Of a stretch of DNA of 64,000 nt, positions 51,976-61,381 are shown piece by piece. How positions within the stretch are numbered: position 1 is the stretch's first letter; each line of letters opens with the position of its first letter. This DNA comes from a virus. Lineage: Duplodnaviria > Caudoviricetes. The notes under the pieces are model-generated. The model searched no databases, was not told the origin of the DNA, and was given only the letters and a program-made list of their open reading frames with translations. The stretch covers positions 64,001 to 128,000 of IMG/VR virus record IMGVR_UViG_3300034126_000020; one strand, written 5' to 3'. Both the position numbers and the translations under genes were made by a program.

Positions 51976-53157
51976 GTGCCAGAAATGAGCGATTATAAGG
52001 TGATGAAACAGGTGCTGGACACAATTGCCCAGCACGGTGGTTTCGACAGCGATGACGCCTTGATGCGCCGTTTGACCCGTGAGCAAGGTACCGGCGCCAT
52101 TGGCGGACGATTCCATGATCTGCTCGGCGGATACAACCGTACGCAGCAGGGATCTGCGGTGCCAGCTAACACTGACATGCAGGGCTTGACGTTTTTCACA
52201 CGTCCGAATTTGAACCTGTCATACGATAACATCATGGCGTACCGGCAATTGTCGGTTTTGGCCAGTGATAACCCTCGTAGTTACAGCCGGATCATCCGAA
52301 GGATGCTTTGGCCGGACAGTTACGAATCAGATATAAAGAAAGACAACACCATCTTTGACAACCGTCAGGCTTTTATGCCGCTCTTGAGCAACGCCCTGAC
52401 AAACATGTCCGGGTGGCCTGACTTGACCCTCCACGCTTACAGCACTTCGGAGGGGATGGCAAAAGAATCCTGGATGATGAACGACACCATTGCAGAGATC
52501 AATGGACGTTACTCCCTGGACTGCACATTCGAAAATACCTTAGGCGATCCTATATCATTGACGCTGTTTGCGTGGCTTTTGTACATCGGTGGTGTCTACA
52601 TCGGCACCAAGATTCTGCCGGCTGGTTACAACATCGTGCAGAACGAGATGGACTACAACACACGCATCTATCGTTTCGTGACAGATTGGTCTGGGCGGTA
52701 CATTCAGAAGTGGGCGGCATGTGGGGCTGCGTTCCCTGCTGGCCTGTCCATGGGCAGTGCGTTCAACTACTCGCGTGACAACCCGTACAACGAAAGTCAG
52801 AAGTCCATTCAGACCACCTTTGAATGCACAGTGGCTGAGTACAACGACCCGATCACGCTGTGGGAGTTCAACAAACTGGTGGTGATGTTCAACCCAGAGA
52901 TGGGTGACGGCACTCGCCAAAGTCAAATGGTGAAGATCTCTGCTGATGAGCGCAAGTTGCTCAACTACAAAGGCTTCCCGTGGATCAACCTCGCTGCCAA
53001 CAACGAGTTGGAGTGGTGGATGGACCGTGCTGAGTACGACACTGTCACGAAGGGTAACTTCAACGGGACGGTGCCTGCGTTGCCAGCCGATACCTCCGAC
53101 CCTGACTCTGCGATCTTTGCAGGTGAGTCCTCGTCTAACGTCACTACGACTGTATAA
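51976..53157 (+). CDS. virion structural protein (gp88-like; tail-tube/hub-like)
   Basis: 393 aa; GLTFFTRPNLNLS…SGWPD…RIYRFVTD; alternative ATG at 51985. Confidence 0.65.
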   Translation: MPEMSDYKVMKQVLDTIAQHGGFDSDDALMRRLTREQGTGAIGGRFHDLLGGYNRTQQGSAVPANTDMQGLTFFTRPNLNLSYDNIMAYRQLSVLASDNPRSYSRIIRRMLWPDSYESDIKKDNTIFDNRQAFMPLLSNALTNMSGWPDLTLHAYSTSEGMAKESWMMNDTIAEINGRYSLDCTFENTLGDPISLTLFAWLLYIGGVYIGTKILPAGYNIVQNEMDYNTRIYRFVTDWSGRYIQKWAACGAAFPAGLSMGSAFNYSRDNPYNESQKSIQTTFECTVAEYNDPITLWEFNKLVVMFNPEMGDGTRQSQMVKISADERKLLNYKGFPWINLAANNELEWWMDRAEYDTVTKGNFNGTVPALPADTSDPDSAIFAGESSSNVTTTV

Positions 53158-53168
53158 CGGAGTTATCA

Positions 53169-56090
53169 ATGTCCAGGTCCGACCTGAATACCCTGATTGA
53201 TTTGGCCAAGCTTAACCCCATGGCCGTACAACGTGGCGGTATCGAGTACCTTGAACGTGTGCGCAATGGCGAGATTGAAATCGTCGATGCCAGCAACGCG
53301 ATGGTGTACTTGATGGAGTTTGCTTCGACTCTGTTTGCGAACGGGGCTCGTAAAGACGAATTCCTCAACCGCCTTGCATACCCCGAACTGGCCATGACCC
53401 GCTCTGACCTGTATCGGCACATGAGTGACGTGGATTACATCAACGTGTTCTCTGGACCGTCCAGTACCAACCTCCTGCTGGTCTACCATAAAGACGAGAT
53501 CTTGGAGAAGGCGGTACCTACCGGCGAAGCGGGCATGCGTAAGCTCGTCATTCCTCGTCACACGAAGATCATGGCCGGGGACGTACCTTTCACCCTCCAG
53601 TACCCGATCGAGCTGCGTGTGCTGCCTCACGGCGATTTGCAGGTGGTTTACGATAACAGCAAGCCTTCACCGCTGTTGACACTGGAGACCAACCGGGTCA
53701 CCAAGTCGATCGAGAACTACAACCGTGGACATGAAGAGTACATCCAGCTCGAAGTCCCGACTCAGCAGATCGCGATCAAGAGTTACACCGCACCTCAGAC
53801 AGCTTCGCGGGTCTTTGATAAGACCTACAAGTTCGATGACCAGTTCTACTTCTGCCGGGTGTACGCCAGCAATGGTAATGGCGGCTGGGATGAGATCAAG
53901 ACCACCCACAGTGATCAGGTCTACAACCCACTGACCCCGACTGCGGTCCTGAAGATCTTGGACGACAATAAGCTGAACGTCTCCATCCCTCAGATCTACT
54001 ACAGCACGGGTCTGATGAACCGTACGCTGCGGGTCGACGTCTACACCACCCGTGGTGCGCTGGAACTGGCCGTGCAAGGTTACAGCTCGGACATGTTCAA
54101 AGCGGTCTACAACGACTACGACAACGATGACAACGGCAAGTACACCTCGCCTGTGCAGAAGTTGGTCAGTGGTTACTTCATGGCTGCGACTCCTGCGACC
54201 GGTGGCTCCAATGCCCTGACGTTCGAGCAGTTGAAAGAACGTGCCATCAACAACGCCTTGGGTCGTATTGATGTTCCGATCACCAACGTGCAGATCCAGA
54301 CCCAATTGGACCTGTTGACCGATGCTGGTTTCAGTTGCGTGACCGACATCGACAACGTGACCAACCGTCTGTATGCGGCCAGCCGTGAGTTGCCAGCACC
54401 GGACATCAAGGAAGTGTCGACAGGTATGGGTTCCAACGTCGTGACCCTGAGCAAAACCATCGACCAGATCTTGGCCTCGGCGGATGTGAAGGACAACGGT
54501 GAGCGGATCACCATCCTGCCTACGACCCTGTATAAGGACGAAGGTGGATTCCTGTCGATCGTGGACAACGAGGACCGCGATGCACTGAAGGCTCTACCGG
54601 CCGATGTGTTGGTCGAACGTGTCACAGGCGGGGATTACTTCTACACGCCGTTCCATTACGTCTACGACGTCGCTGACAACGTCCTGACAGTACGTCCGTA
54701 CTACTTCGGCAACCCAAAGCTGACCCGTCGCTTCTTTGTTGAAGACAACGGCACAATGGGCGTGGGTGTGAACTCCAACAGTCACAACTTCATCCGTACT
54801 GACACGGGTTGGAAATTGCAGGTCATGACCAGCAGTACCGACACGTTGAAAGAACTGGATGACGAAGTCCTCGTGGCGCAGTTGGCATTCATTCCACCGG
54901 GTGAAGTGTCCCGTGTCTACTTGAACGGCACCATGCTGGGTCGAGACCTGACCTCCAAGGAATGGATCTTCGAGTTTGAGTTCACCTCGAACTGGGATGT
55001 GGACGGGTCGAACAACGTCTACCTGAATGGCTTTGAAGCCGATCAGATTGCACCGCATGCGTACCCTGCTACCATGGAAACCGTGTTCGATGTGTTCTTC
55101 GGTGTCAAGGCTGCTTTGGTGACCCCGGGCGAATACACCCGCATCGACCAACTGATGGGCAAGTTCAAGTATGAAGACGAGATCATGGGCCTGTACCATG
55201 AGCAAGTCACCCTCATCCTTGGCAACTCGTTGGACGGGCTGTGGGCACGTGCTCGTTCTACCGTGGGTGAAGAACAGTACCTGCGTTACGAAGAAGACGT
55301 GTACGAACTCTGGACCTCGGACGTTCCTGAGAAGACAGCTACAGGCGCGGTCAAGGTCGCGTACGACAGCAACAACAAACCTTACGTGGTGTACAAACAC
55401 CGTGTGGGTGATGTCAAGATCAACGAAGAGACCGGTAAGCCTGAGATCCTTCATGCAGCCAACTCCGTGATCTACCAGAACGGTGAGCCGATTGTGGCCA
55501 CGCCTCGTTCGGTGCTGCGTCAGGTTGAGCTGTGCTTGTTCGACGGGGTGTACTACTTCGTCACCAACACCACGGACGTCAACTACCGCGACACGGTGCC
55601 AAACCAAATCGTGGAATGGGTCAACATCACCTTGGCTCCAACCCGCAAGAAATTGCTGGAGAAGACCAAGTTGTGGTTCCACCCGAAATCGACTGTGGGT
55701 CTGGTCGGTGCTATCGTCGACGACAGTCTGGCGGTCAACATCCAAGCGGCTCAACACCTGTACATCGAGTTCTTCGTCTCGGAGACCGTGTACAAGGATC
55801 TGGCGCTTCAGGAAGAGATCCGTAAGGCTGCACGTAAAGTCCTGACCACGGCCTTCAAGGAACTTCAAGTGACCCGTAACGGCCTTGAGAACCTCCTGAA
55901 GACCACGATGGGCGATGACGTGACCACGGTGAACATCACTGGTCTGGGCGGCTACCGCAACTACAGCGTGATCACCATGAAAGACGAATCTTCTCGCCTG
56001 TGCATCGGTAAGAAGATGGTGACTCTGCCTAACGCCACCTTCGGTGTGGCTGACAGCATTGACATGCAGTTCGTGAAACACTCGGTGTGA
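53169..56090 (+). CDS. baseplate wedge-like virion protein (gp87-like)
   Basis: 973 aa; ATGGSNALTFEQLKERA resembles the T4 gp6 GGxxxESIExIR motif; EFLNRLAYPELAMTRSDL N-terminal motif. Confidence 0.65.
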   Translation: MSRSDLNTLIDLAKLNPMAVQRGGIEYLERVRNGEIEIVDASNAMVYLMEFASTLFANGARKDEFLNRLAYPELAMTRSDLYRHMSDVDYINVFSGPSSTNLLLVYHKDEILEKAVPTGEAGMRKLVIPRHTKIMAGDVPFTLQYPIELRVLPHGDLQVVYDNSKPSPLLTLETNRVTKSIENYNRGHEEYIQLEVPTQQIAIKSYTAPQTASRVFDKTYKFDDQFYFCRVYASNGNGGWDEIKTTHSDQVYNPLTPTAVLKILDDNKLNVSIPQIYYSTGLMNRTLRVDVYTTRGALELAVQGYSSDMFKAVYNDYDNDDNGKYTSPVQKLVSGYFMAATPATGGSNALTFEQLKERAINNALGRIDVPITNVQIQTQLDLLTDAGFSCVTDIDNVTNRLYAASRELPAPDIKEVSTGMGSNVVTLSKTIDQILASADVKDNGERITILPTTLYKDEGGFLSIVDNEDRDALKALPADVLVERVTGGDYFYTPFHYVYDVADNVLTVRPYYFGNPKLTRRFFVEDNGTMGVGVNSNSHNFIRTDTGWKLQVMTSSTDTLKELDDEVLVAQLAFIPPGEVSRVYLNGTMLGRDLTSKEWIFEFEFTSNWDVDGSNNVYLNGFEADQIAPHAYPATMETVFDVFFGVKAALVTPGEYTRIDQLMGKFKYEDEIMGLYHEQVTLILGNSLDGLWARARSTVGEEQYLRYEEDVYELWTSDVPEKTATGAVKVAYDSNNKPYVVYKHRVGDVKINEETGKPEILHAANSVIYQNGEPIVATPRSVLRQVELCLFDGVYYFVTNTTDVNYRDTVPNQIVEWVNITLAPTRKKLLEKTKLWFHPKSTVGLVGAIVDDSLAVNIQAAQHLYIEFFVSETVYKDLALQEEIRKAARKVLTTAFKELQVTRNGLENLLKTTMGDDVTTVNITGLGGYRNYSVITMKDESSRLCIGKKMVTLPNATFGVADSIDMQFVKHSV

Positions 56091-56127
56091 CGGCATAAAG
56101 GCAGGGGCCACTGGCCCCTGCCCTATG
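56091..56127. terminator. bidirectional terminator
   Basis: CGGCATAAA-GGCAGGGGCC-ACT-GGCCCCTGCC-CTATG between convergent genes. Confidence 0.85.
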
Positions 56128-56135
56128 TTCGCGTG

Positions 56136-57329
56136 TTACGCAGCCATCAATTGGTCCATGTGGCTGTCGACACCGTCGATCAGACGGGCCATGTCGAGCT
56201 TCACACCGGCCATCAGATTACGGACCGTGTCGAAGTTAGCCAAGGCATGGGAGATACCGTAACGACCACTGATGAAATCCAGCAGACGGTTGGCGGTTTC
56301 TTCATTGCCGGCTTCTTCGGCTTCACGGTACTGCTTGTTGTACTCGCGTTGCTCTTCGTTGAACTTCGCCCACACTTTCTTCCACAGGGCAAAGATACGC
56401 AGCACACCGTACTTACGAGTCTGTTGAGTCGCAGTGTCGATGTTACGCAGTACCACAGGCATGTCGGAGACCGTGTACTTGATCGGCTGAGCCTTGAGCG
56501 CATTGAAGTGCTTGAGGATGTCGTTCATTTGACGGTTGGCGATGTTCCACTGGTCCCACGTAGGCTCTACAGGGGAGAACTCAATGCTGTACATCGCAGC
56601 GACTTTGGCGTTGGCGTCATACAACGCAGCCAAGCCACCATCGATGTTCTGCAACACGGTGTTCAAGAACGATTCGTAGGCGTACACGACGCTCACGAGG
56701 CGGTTGTCCTTGATAGCCATGTCAAAGAACACGGTCATGTCTTTCCAGGTCTGAGCATCAACCTGTGGGAGGGCAGTCACCTTCTCCACTTTCTTGAAGT
56801 CGACCTTGATGACACGCTTGACCAGCTCTTCTTCGACCTTCTTCTCCATCGCAGCGCTACGCGTAGCCGCTACAGCAGAGCCAGAGAAGTAAGCCTTGAT
56901 CTTGGCGGCGAACGCTTTGATCGCTTCCCAGATCTTGCGCAGGATCGAACCCAACAGGCCTTCCATTGCTGGAGAGTAGTTGACCTTCGACGGCAGTTCG
57001 GTGAACGAAGCCAGTGGCATCGTCTCGAACACTTGTGGGAAGCCTTCCATCGAGGTGGTCATACTGGTCAGCACTTGGGCATCGGCCCGAGAGATGTGGC
57101 CAGAGTCACGCACGCTGTGATAGATGTTGCGCAGGCTTTCAAGCGCTGGCTCAAGGATGGTGACATCCTCGTCGCTCAGGTTTTCAACCACAGCCAGCTT
57201 CTCGACTTCATCGAACAATTGCTCGAGCGAGAGGCCGGTGATCTCTTCTGTCACTTCAGGAGTCAACTCCAGTGTGGCAGCGAGTTCACTGATGTCCATT
57301 ATCGCACCGGAATCAGAAATCATTGACAT
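56136..57329 (-). CDS. internal head protein
   Basis: LSLE, TSME, PAME|G then LLGSILRKIWEAIKAF helix, like 47670-48974. Confidence 0.75.
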   Translation of the reverse strand: MSMISDSGAIMDISELAATLELTPEVTEEITGLSLEQLFDEVEKLAVVENLSDEDVTILEPALESLRNIYHSVRDSGHISRADAQVLTSMTTSMEGFPQVFETMPLASFTELPSKVNYSPAMEGLLGSILRKIWEAIKAFAAKIKAYFSGSAVAATRSAAMEKKVEEELVKRVIKVDFKKVEKVTALPQVDAQTWKDMTVFFDMAIKDNRLVSVVYAYESFLNTVLQNIDGGLAALYDANAKVAAMYSIEFSPVEPTWDQWNIANRQMNDILKHFNALKAQPIKYTVSDMPVVLRNIDTATQQTRKYGVLRIFALWKKVWAKFNEEQREYNKQYREAEEAGNEETANRLLDFISGRYGISHALANFDTVRNLMAGVKLDMARLIDGVDSHMDQLMAA

Positions 57330-57347
57330 TGAGTTACCCTCATAGGG

Positions 57348-57371
57348 CGAGAGGAGCCTAGGCTCCTCTCG
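57348..57371 (-). terminator. terminator
   Basis: perfect palindrome CGAGAGGAGCCTAGGCTCCTCTCG then CCTATG. Confidence 0.75.
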
Positions 57372-57378
57372 GGTGGTG

Positions 57379-57813
57379 TCAGGCTGGAACGAAGCGGCGA
57401 ATGAACTCGCTCAGATCGCTACGCATCAGGCCACCGACGCTGTTGTTCAGGACGCTTGCGTGCACCGCATCGACCGAGGCTTCGAAAGCCGGACGACGCA
57501 GTTGTACGCAGATGTCTTCCACAGACAGCAGTTGAGGCTCGTGGCAAAGCACGTAGCGGTTCTTGTAGATGTCCACGACCATGTTGTAGGTCACGTTCAC
57601 GGAGAACGGGTACATCTCGTTCAGCTGGCCGATCACACGCTTAACCACGTCGGCATGGAACTGCTCGAAGTGCATCACGATGGAGTCGACTTTGCTGCCT
57701 GGCAACGGGAAGGTGTAACCCAACTCAACGGCCAGTGCGGTTTCCAGGAAGGGCTTACGCTCTGCTGGGTTTGGGACAGCCTCAAGAAGCTGTAGGAGGC
57801 GAGTGATGTTCAT
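57379..57813 (-). CDS. conserved phiKZ-like virion protein
   Basis: 144 aa; AFE|A near C-terminus. Confidence 0.55.
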   Translation of the reverse strand: MNITRLLQLLEAVPNPAERKPFLETALAVELGYTFPLPGSKVDSIVMHFEQFHADVVKRVIGQLNEMYPFSVNVTYNMVVDIYKNRYVLCHEPQLLSVEDICVQLRRPAFEASVDAVHASVLNNSVGGLMRSDLSEFIRRFVPA

Positions 57814-57815
57814 GC

Positions 57816-59129
57816 TTACACCTTGGCTTGGAGTTGGTTGGAAAGTTCGAACAGGCGGTTGTTCACGAGGTTCTCGAGCATGCGTTGGAACTTCTGCTCG
57901 TTAGGACGCCCGGAGAACACACCCTTGACGTATTCAACAATCACGTCAGGACCGAAGTAACCCTTCACACCGTTACGGATCGGGGCGAGGATGTTGTCGA
58001 TGGCTTCGATCTGGTTGATGATGTCCTGACGCTGACGCACAGTCAGGTAGGCACCCTTGGCCGAGGCGATCAGTTCACGACGCATGGCTTCGAAACGCTG
58101 CGGGATTGGATCGTAGATACCGTCGTCCACACCGGCGAACAGCGGCATGAGGACCATGATCATACCGAGACCTGCCAACGGCACGAAGGCAGTCATGATA
58201 CCGAAGGCTACAGCCAATGCACCGAAACCGATCACTGCGTAACCAGCCAGGGAGGACATGATGTTCGCCTTGCGGCCACGGTACTCTTTGAAGTACGCAG
58301 GGTAGGACTTGTACATGTAGTCCAGGGCTTCAACGATGTACTGAGCACCGCCGTGACGAGCCACGAATTGGTCCGAGGAGAACTCGAACGCACGCAGGTC
58401 GTAGAACTTGGTGCCCAGTTCAGAACGGATGCTCTCAACCATACCGGCCATGACCACTTGCTGGATCAGCAGTGGGTCGGTAGAACCGTTGATCTCGTTG
58501 AGGTCACGCAGACGCCAGCCGGTCTTCTGCTCGGCCACCTTGACGACGTCCTGGATGATCTTGTCATCGGCACCTTCGTGTTGTTGGCGAGTGATTTCAG
58601 CCACGACCACGTTGGACAGGACCATACGGCCCAAGTAACGCAGGTAGGTGAAGCCATGGCCCATTTCGTGACAGGCGATAGCCGCGACGTGCATGCCTTC
58701 GATACCGACCATGCTGCGGTCAGTGAAGAACTCAGTGGCGATGAAGATGTCGATTGGGATTTCGGAGTAGATACCCGAGACCTTGCCCAGTTTGATGTCG
58801 ACGGTGCCCTTGAACAGCTCTTGCTCAGAGACCGGACGACCAAAGCGTTTGACCTTGGTGGCGACTTCATCAGGACGCATTGGGCTGGCGATGTCGGCTT
58901 GTGGTGGGAGCACGAATGCGTTCGGACCACCCAGTCGAGCGAAGTTGAAGCGGAAGTGCATGCCAGTGACTTTCTTCGCGATCTCGTGAAGAGCAGCACT
59001 GACTTTGTTGAAGGTGTCTTTCGAAGGATCACGGAGACAGGCTTCGAACTGAAGTCCCATTTCCTTGAGCAGTGTAGAGTCACGTTGGAAGTCAATCGCT
59101 TCCATCGAGGCAATGAGGGCTGGATTCAT
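57816..59129 (-). CDS. virion protein with HExxH zinc-metalloprotease motif and a TM hairpin
   Basis: ASME|A near N-terminus; ACHEMGH; EFSSDQFVARHGGAQYIVEAL; hydrophobic ~45-aa stretch; ORF is open to 59168. Confidence 0.65.
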   Translation of the reverse strand: MNPALIASMEAIDFQRDSTLLKEMGLQFEACLRDPSKDTFNKVSAALHEIAKKVTGMHFRFNFARLGGPNAFVLPPQADIASPMRPDEVATKVKRFGRPVSEQELFKGTVDIKLGKVSGIYSEIPIDIFIATEFFTDRSMVGIEGMHVAAIACHEMGHGFTYLRYLGRMVLSNVVVAEITRQQHEGADDKIIQDVVKVAEQKTGWRLRDLNEINGSTDPLLIQQVVMAGMVESIRSELGTKFYDLRAFEFSSDQFVARHGGAQYIVEALDYMYKSYPAYFKEYRGRKANIMSSLAGYAVIGFGALAVAFGIMTAFVPLAGLGMIMVLMPLFAGVDDGIYDPIPQRFEAMRRELIASAKGAYLTVRQRQDIINQIEAIDNILAPIRNGVKGYFGPDVIVEYVKGVFSGRPNEQKFQRMLENLVNNRLFELSNQLQAKV

Positions 59130-59247
59130 GACAGAGTCTCTTGAAGGTGGCTTGGTGTAGGTACCCAATCATAGAGATTGGCGTTATTTCTTACAAAGCT
59201 CTGGTATTGATTTGTATATACCCACCCAACAGTTTTCAGGATAGCTC

Positions 59248-60972
59248 ATGACAGCCGTTAAGAAAGCTCCTCTCTTCAACAAAGAGGATGTGTTAGGTCT
59301 TGAGTGCAAACACGCGATCTATACCGAACATCAGCTCAATGACACCGATGACCTCCTGACCGTGAAGGAGTTGGTGTGGCTGAAGGACGGTACTCGTGTG
59401 CCGCGACTTCGGTTCTACCCTAACCGCATGCGCCCCTTTGGCATCACAAAAGAAAAATACCGTAACCACAAGGACAAAAAAGAAGTAGAGGACCTCGATA
59501 AGCTGGTCCTGTGTGAGACCACTCAGCGAGACCTCAACAATCAGATCGTTCGACGCATGGGCTATGGCAACCCACGTCAGCAGTTACGCACGTTATGCCG
59601 TAACCAGTACATCTACGGTGCCGACATTGCTCCAGCCACTCTGCTGAAGCGTCAGTACCAAGAGAAGTGGCCAGGTCTGTTCCATGCCAACCAAGTGGCC
59701 GTGCTCGATACCGAGACCGACATGTGGAACGGCGATGGCAAGGACATCATCATCTCGACGGTGACGTTCAAGAACAAAGCCATTGTCACGATCCTCGACA
59801 CATGGATCGAAGGCATTCCAGATGCGGTCAATCAGATCCGTGAGGCTCTGAACACCTACCTCGGCCATCTTGTGAAGCCACGCGGGATTGAGTTCGAGAT
59901 CGAGATCATGAAGTCCCCTGGGGCCATGGTCAAAAAGTGTGTCGACAAGTGCCACGACTGGATGCCTGACTTCGTGTCCTTCTGGAACATGGACTTCGAC
60001 ATGACGGTGATGATCCGTGCGTTGGAGAACGAAGGCTACAACTTGGCTGAAGTGTTCAGTGCCCCTGAGGTTCCCAAGGAGTACAAGTACTTCAAGTACA
60101 AACGTGGTCCAGATCAGAAGGTCAAGGCCGATGGTAAGTCTGAGAACTTGGCATGGTACGATCGGTGGCACACCGTCACAACGCCGTCCAGTCACTTCTG
60201 GATCGACAGTGCGGCAGTCTATCGGAACATCCGTCGGGCCAAGGGTAAGGAGCCCAGCTACGCTCTCGACAAGATCCTCAAGAAGAACCTCGGTGAAGAC
60301 TTCGGTAAACTGTACTTCCCAACCGGTGACTCCTCTGCTCACCCGGGTAGTGTCGAATGGCACATGCAGATGCAGAAGAGCTTCAAGATCCCGTACGTCG
60401 TGTATAACGTCTACGACTGCTTGGGTGTAGAGCTACTGGATGAGAAGGTGACTGACCTGAACACCCAGATCGGTATCTTGTCTGGGTCGTCGGAATACAG
60501 CATCTTTAACTCCAACCCGAAACGTAACGTCAACGACTTCTACTTTGACATGCTCAAAGAAGGGATGATGACAGGTACGTTGTCGGACCGGATGGAAGAC
60601 GAGCTGGATCGTCTGCTGCTCGGTAAGGAAGATTGGATCATCACGCTGCCAACGAGTCTGGTGGAAGCGAACGGTGTGTTCATGATCAAAGACTTGCCAA
60701 CCGTACGTTCATTCGTACGTCGGTACACGTCTGACGCCGACATCGGGTCTACGTATCCGAACGGCGAGATCATCATGAACCTGTCGAAGATGACGACCAT
60801 GTACGAGGTCTGTCGTATTGCGGGGGTCACAGCAAGCAAGCAACGACTGGTGGGCATCAACCTCACAGGCGGGCCGGTGAACTCAATCGAGATCATGACC
60901 GATGTGATGAAGGCACCAGATCCGTTCGAACTGCTGGAAGCTTTCGAGGAAGAACTGCGTCAAGCTGCGTAA
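59248..60972 (+). CDS. family-B DNA polymerase, exonuclease + motif-A subunit (phiKZ gp82-like)
   Basis: ExoI VLDTETD, ExoII FWNMDFD, ExoIII YNVYDC, motif A DADIGSTYPNG; no motif B/C before the stop. Confidence 0.8.
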   Translation: MTAVKKAPLFNKEDVLGLECKHAIYTEHQLNDTDDLLTVKELVWLKDGTRVPRLRFYPNRMRPFGITKEKYRNHKDKKEVEDLDKLVLCETTQRDLNNQIVRRMGYGNPRQQLRTLCRNQYIYGADIAPATLLKRQYQEKWPGLFHANQVAVLDTETDMWNGDGKDIIISTVTFKNKAIVTILDTWIEGIPDAVNQIREALNTYLGHLVKPRGIEFEIEIMKSPGAMVKKCVDKCHDWMPDFVSFWNMDFDMTVMIRALENEGYNLAEVFSAPEVPKEYKYFKYKRGPDQKVKADGKSENLAWYDRWHTVTTPSSHFWIDSAAVYRNIRRAKGKEPSYALDKILKKNLGEDFGKLYFPTGDSSAHPGSVEWHMQMQKSFKIPYVVYNVYDCLGVELLDEKVTDLNTQIGILSGSSEYSIFNSNPKRNVNDFYFDMLKEGMMTGTLSDRMEDELDRLLLGKEDWIITLPTSLVEANGVFMIKDLPTVRSFVRRYTSDADIGSTYPNGEIIMNLSKMTTMYEVCRIAGVTASKQRLVGINLTGGPVNSIEIMTDVMKAPDPFELLEAFEEELRQAA

Positions 60973-60987
60973 ACAAAGAAAAAATAA

Positions 60988-61012
60988 AGCCCGGGCCGTC
61001 TTGGCCTGGGTT
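60988..61012. terminator. bidirectional terminator
   Basis: AGCCCGGGCC-N5-GGCCTGGGTT with A-tract and T-rich flanks, between convergent genes. Confidence 0.8.
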
Positions 61013-61031
61013 CTATTTCGTGTGCCCGTAA

Positions 61032-61298
61032 TCAGGGCTTTGGTACCTCCTTCTTGATGATGTTGATTTCTACGTTCTGGTGGATGTCAACACCTTTATT
61101 TACTGCGTAGGCTGTTACCCCTGAGTGGATGATCCATGCAAAAGCAATCATCATCAGTCCGTATCCTACTATCTTCATATCGCCAACCTCTACGTTGAAC
61201 AATTTGACTTCTTTGAACTTGAACCACTTGTCTAATCGGTTTGTCGCCCAGTTTATTGCTTTCTTCATACTGCCTCTCTTATTGTTGTTTACATTCAT
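61032..61298 (-). CDS. low-GC single-TM small protein
   Basis: 88 aa, GGAGG RBS; IVGYGLMMIAFAWIIHSGVTAYAV; about 41% GC by hand count. Confidence 0.65.
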   Translation of the reverse strand: MNVNNNKRGSMKKAINWATNRLDKWFKFKEVKLFNVEVGDMKIVGYGLMMIAFAWIIHSGVTAYAVNKGVDIHQNVEINIIKKEVPKP

Positions 61299-61325
61299 TT
61301 GGTCCTCCGTGTGGCCCTTATTAAT

Positions 61326-61353
61326 AGTGTAACATAACCCCGTTACATGTCAA
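61326..61353 (-). promoter_or_regulatory. sigma70-like promoter with overlapping palindrome
   Basis: minus TTGACA-N16-TACACT with TGn extension; TGTAAC-N8-GTTACA at 61328-61347. Confidence 0.5.
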
Positions 61354-61381
61354 TGACCGTTCGTCGGCTTTGACGGGGGTG

